Positions 57,451 to 64,000 of a stretch of 64,000 bases of DNA are shown here, piece by piece. Source of the stretch: Candidatus Pampinifervens sinense (GTDB lineage Bacteria; Aquificota; Aquificia; Aquificales; Aquificaceae); NCBI GenBank assembly GCA_037927135.1, contig JAXSPP010000001.1, positions 1-64,000 on the forward strand. Direction: 5' to 3'. The notes beneath the pieces were generated by a model. That model was given only the letters and a program-made list of their open reading frames with translations, was not told the DNA's origin and ran no database searches. How positions within the stretch are numbered: the stretch's first letter is position 1; each line of letters opens with the position of its first letter. The position numbers and the translations under genes were made by a program.

Positions 57451-58358
57451 TGCACCTGCGCATAGGCACAAGGAAAAGCAAGCTTGCCCTATGGCAAGCA
57501 AACTTTGTAAAGGAAAAGCTGGAAGAGAGGGGCCACACGGTAGAGCTTGTCCTTATCACCACCACAGGAGACAAAATACTGGACGCACCTTTGGCAAAGA
57601 TAGGAGGAAAGGGCCTTTTTGTAAAGGAGATAGAGGAAGCTCTATTGAGAGGTGATATAGACTTAGCGGTCCATTCCCTAAAGGATGTGCCCATGGTCCT
57701 ACCAGAGGGTCTTACCTTGGGAGCCATAACGGAAAGGGAGAACCCCTTTGATGTGCTTTTATCAAGGGACGGTAAAAGCTTGGAAGATCTTCCCAGCGGT
57801 GCAAGAGTTGGCACTTCATCCCTCAGAAGGCAGGTGCAGATAAAAAGGAGAAGGCCAGATCTGAGGGTAGAGGTCCTTCGCGGAAATGTGGACACAAGGA
57901 TAAGAAAGATGGAGGAGGGTCTTTATGATGCCATCGTGCTAGCCTATGCGGGTGTAAAGAGGATGGGCCTTGAAGACAAGATAGTCCAAGTTTTGGAAGA
58001 CTTTATACCAGCGGTGGGACAGGGTTCCCTTGCCATAGAGATAAGGGAGGAGGATGAAAGGGTAAGGTCCGCCATAGCCTTCCTTGACCACAGGGAAAGC
58101 AGGCTAAGGGCAGAGTGTGAAAGAGCCTTTTTGAGGGAGTTGCAGGGTGGCTGTCAGGTTCCCATAGGGGCCCATGCTTGGGTAAAAGGAAACACATTAA
58201 AGCTAAAGGCCTTCATCTCAGACCTTAAGGGAGAGAGGTTCATAGAAGGCTATGAAGAAGGAAGGCTGGAGGAGGCTCAAGAGATAGGAAAAAGGCTGGC
58301 AAAAAGACTTTTGGAAAGAGGTGGAGAGGCAATACTGAAAGAGATATATCAAACCTGA
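57450..58358 (+). CDS. hemC: Hydroxymethylbilane synthase
   Basis: [46 protein letters not shown] overlaps aspS stop. Confidence 0.97.
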   Translation: MHLRIGTRKSKLALWQANFVKEKLEERGHTVELVLITTTGDKILDAPLAKIGGKGLFVKEIEEALLRGDIDLAVHSLKDVPMVLPEGLTLGAITERENPFDVLLSRDGKSLEDLPSGARVGTSSLRRQVQIKRRRPDLRVEVLRGNVDTRIRKMEEGLYDAIVLAYAGVKRMGLEDKIVQVLEDFIPAVGQGSLAIEIREEDERVRSAIAFLDHRESRLRAECERAFLRELQGGCQVPIGAHAWVKGNTLKLKAFISDLKGERFIEGYEEGRLEEAQEIGKRLAKRLLERGGEAILKEIYQT

Positions 58359-58678
58359 CCTAAAAGCTCTTTTTTATATATCTTCCATCTTGCTGGGTCA
58401 AGCTTTGTGGAACAGCCTAAAGAAGAAAGGTCATAAACCTTAAAAGCCTGCGGGCTATCTGGTGTGCTAACAAAGAAAAAGATGGTTCCCGAAGGTATAT
58501 ACTTGTTTTCCTCCTTCCAAGTCTTCACCTTTTGCACAAGCTCAAGGAGCTTCTCTTTCACTTCTTGCGCAGACAGTTCCTCCTTTTTTCCATCCTCTTC
58601 AATGATCCACTCACCATCACTTACATTTTCTATTATCTCCACCATCCTTTCTTCAAGCACACCATAAAACCTCATCAT
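58349..58678 (-). CDS. Hypothetical protein
   Basis: 109-aa ORF whose start overlaps the hemB stop (ATGA); fills the gap exactly. Confidence 0.65.
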   Translation of the reverse strand: MMRFYGVLEERMVEIIENVSDGEWIIEEDGKKEELSAQEVKEKLLELVQKVKTWKEENKYIPSGTIFFFVSTPDSPQAFKVYDLSSLGCSTKLDPARWKIYKKELLGQV

Positions 58679-59658
58679 ATCTCTCCTTTATTAATAAGCT
58701 TTGCCACATCCTTGGCAAAGTATGTGATTATCATATCTGCACCCGCACGCTTTATGGACAAAAGGGTCTCTATCATTACCTTTTTCTCATCTATCCAGCC
58801 AAGCCTTCCAGCGGCCTTTATCATGGCATACTCACCGCTTACATTGTAAGCGCACACAGGCAATAAGGTAGCCTCCTTTACCTTGGCTATTATATCCAAG
58901 TAGGCAAGGGCAGGCTTTACCATAACTATGTCCGCACCCTCTTGCACATCCAAAAGCACCTCCTTTAAGGCCTCCCTTGCATTGGCTGGGTCCATCTGGT
59001 AGCTTCTCCTGTCTCCAAAGGCTGGGGCAGATTCGGCCGCTTCTCTAAAAGGTCCATAAAAAGCTGAGGCAAACTTGGCCGAATAGGCCATTATTGGCAC
59101 ATCCTCAAAGCCAGAAGAGTCAAGGGCTTCCCTTATGGCCTTAACCATTCCATCCATCATACCAGAGGGTGCCAGCATATCCGCTCCGTTTTTTGCATGA
59201 GAAATGGCTTGTTTTTTCAGGTTTTCAAGGGTCATGTCGTTGTGCACATCACCCTTGTAAAGCACTCCGCAGTGACCATGGGAAGTGTATTCACAAAAGC
59301 AAACATCGGTTATAACATACATATCTGGCACTTCCTTTTTTATAAGCCTCAAAGCCCTCTGTATTATCCCTTCATCACTCCAGGTGTCAGAGCCCACCTC
59401 ATCCTTGTGTTCTGGAATGCCAAAGAGGATTATGGCTGGTATGCCAAGGTCTCTCACTTCTTTTACCGCATCCACCACCTTGTCAAGGCTGTAGCGGTAG
59501 ACTCCCGGCATGCTTGGCACTTCTTCCACTATGCCCTCACCGTAGCGCACAAAGATAGGGTAGATAAGGTCATCAAGGCTTAACTTTGTTTCTCTCACAA
59601 GCCTTCTTATGTTTTCATTCTTTCTTAGCCTTCTTGGCCTTAGCTTAGGAAATTCCAT
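58675..59658 (-). CDS. hemB: Porphobilinogen synthase
   Basis: [41 protein letters not shown]. Start corrected to ATG 59658 because the longer ORF overlaps the tRNA. Confidence 0.97.
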   Translation of the reverse strand: MEFPKLRPRRLRKNENIRRLVRETKLSLDDLIYPIFVRYGEGIVEEVPSMPGVYRYSLDKVVDAVKEVRDLGIPAIILFGIPEHKDEVGSDTWSDEGIIQRALRLIKKEVPDMYVITDVCFCEYTSHGHCGVLYKGDVHNDMTLENLKKQAISHAKNGADMLAPSGMMDGMVKAIREALDSSGFEDVPIMAYSAKFASAFYGPFREAAESAPAFGDRRSYQMDPANAREALKEVLLDVQEGADIVMVKPALAYLDIIAKVKEATLLPVCAYNVSGEYAMIKAAGRLGWIDEKKVMIETLLSIKRAGADMIITYFAKDVAKLINKGEI

Positions 59659-59679
59659 GGAATATAATATATACCATAA

Positions 59680-59751
59680 GCGGGCGTAGCTCAGGGGTAG
59701 AGCGTCTGCTTCCCAAGCAGGAGGTCGCGGGTTCAAATCCCGTCGCCCGCT
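59680..59751 (+). tRNA. tRNA-Gly (anticodon CCC), CCA not encoded
   Basis: Acceptor GCGGGCG/CGCCCGC + U73, D-arm GCTC/GAGC, anticodon arm TCTGC-TTCCCAA-GCAGG, T-arm GCGGG-TTCAAAT-CCCGT. Confidence 0.96.
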
Positions 59752-59775
59752 CTTAAAAGTGATATATTTTTATGC

Positions 59776-61425
59776 ATGAGGGTGGGAATAGTCCTTGGTA
59801 CAAAGCCCATCAGCCCTTTGGAGTTTTGGGTGGGGGTGGAGAAGGATCAAGTGGTCCAGCTAGATGATGTGCTCTACGTGGAAAGTGAAATAGGTGGTTC
59901 AATAGTCAAATATTACGGCATTGTCAGTGAAGTGCATAAGTTCCTTGAGGGAGCGGAGTTTGTCTACGATGCTCACCTTGTAAATAAGGGCCTCATTCCT
60001 GTAAACATAGCTTATATAGCCAAGATCAACGTAACGCGCGTAGAACCAGAGGTCTTTGCCCCTCCTTCACCGGGTGATGTGGTCTATAGGGCCACAGGCA
60101 AGGAGTTTGAAAAGGCCCTCTATTACGATCAGATGAAGGAGAAGATACCTGCGGGTGTGGACAGGAATGGAAACGTGGTCTATGTAAACTACCATTTTAT
60201 AAACGGTATAGAGGGAGCCCATGTGAGCATATCCGGCATGTCTGGTATAGCCACAAAAACCTCTTACGCCTTGTTCTTGCTTTATTCAATCCTTGAAAAG
60301 GCGAGCGACAAGGATAGAATACATGGAATCATATTTAACGTAAAAGGAAAGGATCTTTTGTGGATTGATAAGAAGAGTAAGGTGCTTGATGAAGAAAGCA
60401 AAGAGCTATACCGTATAATGGGTCTAAAGGCCGAGCCTTTCAAAAACGTCAAATTCTATGTTCCTCCTTCTGAAAACCACATAGACATTCCCGATTGTGA
60501 AAGGCTTGACTCAAAGGTATCTCCCTTTTATTGGAGCATGAGGGAGTTTGCGGAAGAGGGTCTTATAAAGTTTATGTTTGCGGAAGGAGAGGAAGGACTT
60601 TCCAACATACACTATGTGATTGATAAGGTGGCAAACAAGCTTTATCACCTAGCACAAAACAGTCCAGAAGACCGCCTTTTGGATGATTACGGAAGGGATA
60701 TAGACAGCTTGAAGACCTTGGAAAAGATGTTGAGGGATGCCATCAAGGATAAGGAGCAAAACAAGAGTTCGGAAGTTTATAGAAGCTGGTTTGGTGAGGC
60801 ACAGATGCAGACTGTTCAGGCCTTTTTCAGAAGGTTTAGCAGGGCATGCGATTATGTAAGTAGATTTATAAGCGATAGGTCCAACCCACCAAGATGGGAG
60901 GAAAACAGGCTTTCTGTAATAGATATAAGCAGTCTTCATAGCATAGCCAAAATGTTTGTGGTAGGAGCCATTTTAAAGAAGGTGTTCAAACAAAAGGAAA
61001 TCATTGGAAAGCCAGACCCTAAAGTTTTTGTGGTTCTTGATGAGCTAAATAAATATGCGCCAAAGGATGGATGGAGTCCCATAAAGGACGTGGTTTTGGA
61101 TATTGCGGAAAGGGGGAGAAGCTTGGGTGTGATATTGATAGGTGCACAGCAAACGGCCAGTGAGGTGGAAAAGAGGGTTATAGCCAACTCCGCTTTAAAA
61201 GTGCTTGGAAGGATGGACTCCAGTGAGGTGCTTAGCAAGGAATACGATTACCTGACCGGAAGCTTTCGCCAAAGGGCTATAATGCTAAAGAAGGGGACTA
61301 TGATCCTCTACCAACCCGATATACCCAACCCTATGATAATCAGATTTCCAAAGCCCGCATGGGCTACAAGACCTTCTGAGGTGGAGGAGGAGGTCTATGT
61401 TCCTGAAGATTTTGGCAACTTTTAG
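59776..61425 (+). CDS. HerA-like ATPase (HAS barrel + DUF87)
   Basis: N-terminal barrel, atypical Walker A ISGMSGIATKTSY, Walker B VVLDELNKYAP, AERGRSLG.ILIGAQQ. Confidence 0.85.
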   Translation: MRVGIVLGTKPISPLEFWVGVEKDQVVQLDDVLYVESEIGGSIVKYYGIVSEVHKFLEGAEFVYDAHLVNKGLIPVNIAYIAKINVTRVEPEVFAPPSPGDVVYRATGKEFEKALYYDQMKEKIPAGVDRNGNVVYVNYHFINGIEGAHVSISGMSGIATKTSYALFLLYSILEKASDKDRIHGIIFNVKGKDLLWIDKKSKVLDEESKELYRIMGLKAEPFKNVKFYVPPSENHIDIPDCERLDSKVSPFYWSMREFAEEGLIKFMFAEGEEGLSNIHYVIDKVANKLYHLAQNSPEDRLLDDYGRDIDSLKTLEKMLRDAIKDKEQNKSSEVYRSWFGEAQMQTVQAFFRRFSRACDYVSRFISDRSNPPRWEENRLSVIDISSLHSIAKMFVVGAILKKVFKQKEIIGKPDPKVFVVLDELNKYAPKDGWSPIKDVVLDIAERGRSLGVILIGAQQTASEVEKRVIANSALKVLGRMDSSEVLSKEYDYLTGSFRQRAIMLKKGTMILYQPDIPNPMIIRFPKPAWATRPSEVEEEVYVPEDFGNF

Positions 61426-62608
61426 CCTACTGTTAGGCTTTGCCTTCTCTCAAACTGTTCTTGTAAGAACTGGAAATTATGAAGACAAGGAGCGTATAGT
61501 TTTTCAACTTGAAAGGCAAACAGATTACAAAGTTTTTACCTTAGAAAACCCTAAGAGGATAGTGGTGGATATTATGGAGGATGTGAGGGTGAGCCTTCCA
61601 AAGGGTATGGAGGCAAGAGTGGGCAAACACCCATGGGGCACAAGAATAGTATTAGAAAGGGACTTTGACGGGGTCAAAGCCTTTTCCCTTCAAAGTCCTT
61701 TTAGGATAGTGTTGGATGTTTATCACAAAAGGTCTGTGGTAGCTAAAAGAGGAGATGATGAGGAGCTTTTGGAGATAATAGATCCGAGCTTTATAAGGGT
61801 GTTGAAATATATGGAAAGGGGCAAGGAGGAAGAGAGGGTTATAAGCCAAATAAGGAAGGGTAGAATGATAACGCAGAGGAGGGTGATAGTTATTGATCCT
61901 GGGCATGGTGGGCATGACCCTGGAGCTATAGGATTTGCGGGCATTAAGGAGAAGGATGTGGTGCTTGCCATAGGTAAAAAGCTTGCAAGGCTTTTGGAGG
62001 AGGATGGGCGCTTTAGGGTGATTATGACGCGCCAAGATGATACCTTTATACCCCTTCAAGAGAGGGCCAAAATAGCCTTAAGCAACAGAGCGGACCTGCT
62101 TATAAGCATACATGCGGATGCTCATCCTCAAAAACTGCCCTATGCAAGGGGTACTACCGTATTTGCCATATCGTCTGAGGCTGCCCAGAAAAAACGCCAA
62201 AGTATAGTAAACAACGATAGCTATGCCAGGCTTGTGTTTGGAAGGTCTGATATACCAGTGCAAGCAAGGGTGGTTCTTGCAGACCTTGCGGTGGATGTAA
62301 CCTTGAATGAGAGTGTGGTTTTTGCAAGTAGATTGGCGAAGGTTTTGAGGAGAGAGCTTGGAAGGGATGTGTACTTTAGGGGTGTGCAAAGAGCTGGCTT
62401 TGCAGTTTTGAAAACACCAGGCATACCTTCCGTCCTTGTAGAGGTTGGCTTTATGACAAACCCAGAGGAGGCTCTTATGATGTCAAGTGAGGAGTTTCAA
62501 GAAAGGTTTGCAAAGGCCTTGTATCTTGCTGTAGTAGAATACTTTTTCCCAAGCACTTCAAAGATCACCTCAGCCCCAAAAGCTTATGCACCTGTGGCAA
62601 CACCCTAA
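61397..62608 (+). CDS. N-acetylmuramoyl-L-alanine amidase (AMIN + Amidase_3)
   Basis: LENPKRIVVD, IDPGHGGHDPGA, EKDVVL, ISIHAD, FAVLK..PSVLVEVGF. Confidence 0.93.
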   Translation: MFLKILATFSLLLGFAFSQTVLVRTGNYEDKERIVFQLERQTDYKVFTLENPKRIVVDIMEDVRVSLPKGMEARVGKHPWGTRIVLERDFDGVKAFSLQSPFRIVLDVYHKRSVVAKRGDDEELLEIIDPSFIRVLKYMERGKEEERVISQIRKGRMITQRRVIVIDPGHGGHDPGAIGFAGIKEKDVVLAIGKKLARLLEEDGRFRVIMTRQDDTFIPLQERAKIALSNRADLLISIHADAHPQKLPYARGTTVFAISSEAAQKKRQSIVNNDSYARLVFGRSDIPVQARVVLADLAVDVTLNESVVFASRLAKVLRRELGRDVYFRGVQRAGFAVLKTPGIPSVLVEVGFMTNPEEALMMSSEEFQERFAKALYLAVVEYFFPSTSKITSAPKAYAPVATP

Positions 62609-63212
62609 CCTCATAACCTAAGTTTAAAAGCTTGTTTTGCAGGTCTAAAGCCTTTTCAAGAAAAACAGTCTTATTGCTTTCAGGTTGAAGCACAACGCAA
62701 GACCGCTTGAGAAAGTCCTCAAAGGTCATAAGAACATCAAGAGTGAGATTTTCATCCACCACAAACTTTAGCTCCTTGGCATACTCCCTTATTTTAGGGT
62801 GCACGTACCAGCCTGCCACAGCCTTTGGAGAGCAGGTAATGTGGATGTCTTCTATCACTTCCTCAAGGTCTTCCTGCCACAAGGTTCCATTGGTTTCTAT
62901 CTGCACCGATTTCCCCCTCTTTATAAGCTCCTTTACCAGTAGGGCCAAGTTCCTTTCTGTGAAAGGCTCTCCACCCGTTATCACCACATGCCTATGAGCA
63001 TAGGAATCCACAAGGTTCAAAAGATCTTCAAGCTTTACAGAAGAGTTCTTAAAAGGTATAGCAGAAGGTTGATCACACCAAGGACACCTTAAATTACACC
63101 CTTGAATCCTTATAAAAAGGCTGGGAAGGCCTACCAGCAATCCTTCCCCTTGTATGCTTGGATAAACCTCATTTATACTTATTGAGGCATTTCTAACTTC
63201 ACTTCGTAGCAT
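62565..63212 (-). CDS. queE: 7-carboxy-7-deazaguanine synthase (radical SAM)
   Basis: SIQGEG, GCNLRCPWCD, VVITGGEP, IETNGT, QVHK. Confidence 0.92.
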   Translation of the reverse strand: MLRSEVRNASISINEVYPSIQGEGLLVGLPSLFIRIQGCNLRCPWCDQPSAIPFKNSSVKLEDLLNLVDSYAHRHVVITGGEPFTERNLALLVKELIKRGKSVQIETNGTLWQEDLEEVIEDIHITCSPKAVAGWYVHPKIREYAKELKFVVDENLTLDVLMTFEDFLKRSCVVLQPESNKTVFLEKALDLQNKLLNLGYEVRVLPQVHKLLGLR

Positions 63213-64000
63213 TCTATAACATCACCCACCTTCACATCGTTATAGTCCTTTAGCTTCACACCGCACTCATAACCTTTGGCAACCTCTTGCACATCCTCTT
63301 TGAACCTTTTCAAGCTCTCCACCTTTCCATCGTAGATAACTATACCGTTCCTTATGAGCCTTGCCCTAGCGTTTCTTACTATCTTGCCATCCAATACGTA
63401 GCATCCAGCCACCGTACCCACTCCTTTTATCTTAAATGTAGCCCTAACCTCTGCAGAGCCAAGTATTACTTCCTTTTCTACAGGCTTTAGTAGGCCTTTG
63501 AGGGCCTTCTTTACATCTTCCACTACCTCATAGATAATGCCATACAGCCTTATATCCACCTTCTCTCTTTCTGCAGTTTCTCTGGCTTTCACATCAGGCC
63601 TTGTGTTAAAGCCTATTATTATGGCATTGCTAGCCTTTGCCAACATAACATCATTCTCCGTAATACCACCCACATCACCGTGAATTATCCTCACGGAAAC
63701 TTGAGGAGTGGATAGCTCTGTAAGAGCTTTTTTGAGAGCTTCCAAGGATCCTATAGTGTCCGCCTTGATTATAAGCTTTAGCTCATTTAGCTCACCTTCC
63801 TGTATCTTCTTGAAAACTTCCTCAAGCACAAAGCCTCTTGAAACTTTTTCCATCTGCTCCTTCTTTATCCTTCTTTGCTCCGCTATCTGCCTTGCCTTCT
63901 TTTCGTCCTCTACCACTTTAAACTGGTCTCCTGCCATAGGAAGGTCTTCAAATCCAAGAACTTCTACAGGCATTGATGGTCCAGCTTCCTTTACCTTCCT
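63179..64000 (-). CDS. infB: Translation initiation factor IF-2, C-terminal part (5' end outside window)
   Basis: IIKADTIGSLEAL, VGGITENDV.LA.AS.AIIIGFN, SLKRFKEDV.EV..GYECG. Confidence 0.96.
   Translation of the reverse strand, partial: RKVKEAGPSMPVEVLGFEDLPMAGDQFKVVEDEKKARQIAEQRRIKKEQMEKVSRGFVLEEVFKKIQEGELNELKLIIKADTIGSLEALKKALTELSTPQVSVRIIHGDVGGITENDVMLAKASNAIIIGFNTRPDVKARETAEREKVDIRLYGIIYEVVEDVKKALKGLLKPVEKEVILGSAEVRATFKIKGVGTVAGCYVLDGKIVRNARARLIRNGIVIYDGKVESLKRFKEDVQEVAKGYECGVKLKDYNDVKVGDVIECYEVKLEMPQ

Noticed and set aside
59659-59736. N-terminal extension of the hemB ORF ([19 protein letters not shown]...)
   Set aside because: It is the antisense reading of tRNA-Gly; the real start is ATG 59658.
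59680-61425. tRNA-Gly as an integration site for a defence island carrying HerA
   Set aside because: No integrase, no duplicated tRNA 3' end, no compositional shift; downstream genes are housekeeping.
1-64000. CRISPR arrays, rRNA, IS elements, prophage, selenocysteine or frameshift recoding
   Set aside because: No spaced direct repeats, transposase/integrase or phage ORFs seen; intergenic gaps are under about 175 bp; hydrogenase Cys motifs are intact without in-frame TGA.

Overview
A gene-dense 64-kb chromosomal segment from a thermophilic hydrogen-oxidising bacterium. Gene content and protein style point to Aquificaceae (Hydrogenobacter/Thermocrinis-like); this is inference, no search was run. 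It carries housekeeping genes (trmI, rsmG, rsfS, bamD, rng, lysA, proC, proS, prmA, dnaJ-hspR, gatA-aspS-hemC, hemB, tRNA-Gly(CCC), queE, 3' part of infB) and flhA-flhF-flhG. A ~15.5-kb hydrogen-metabolism cluster holds a cytoplasmic group-2d-like [NiFe] hydrogenase with hypB/E/A/F, an O2-tolerant group-1d membrane-bound hydrogenase with maturation genes, and an ECF nickel-uptake operon. The best candidate for an undescribed system is an AT-rich four-gene operon divergent from flhA: MglB-like roadblock, MglA-like small GTPase, a multi-PATAN/DUF4388-like protein, and a heme-c + HAMP receptor with no output domain. A second MglA + PATAN-like locus lies 17 kb away, coupled to a two-component system. 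Together they suggest a small-GTPase sensory pathway that may steer flagella or polarity. Also visible are two recurring palindromic operator candidates at hydrogenase-related promoters and pervasive -10 boxes 6-9 nt upstream of start codons (leaderless-type genes). No CRISPR array, rRNA, transposase or prophage was seen.
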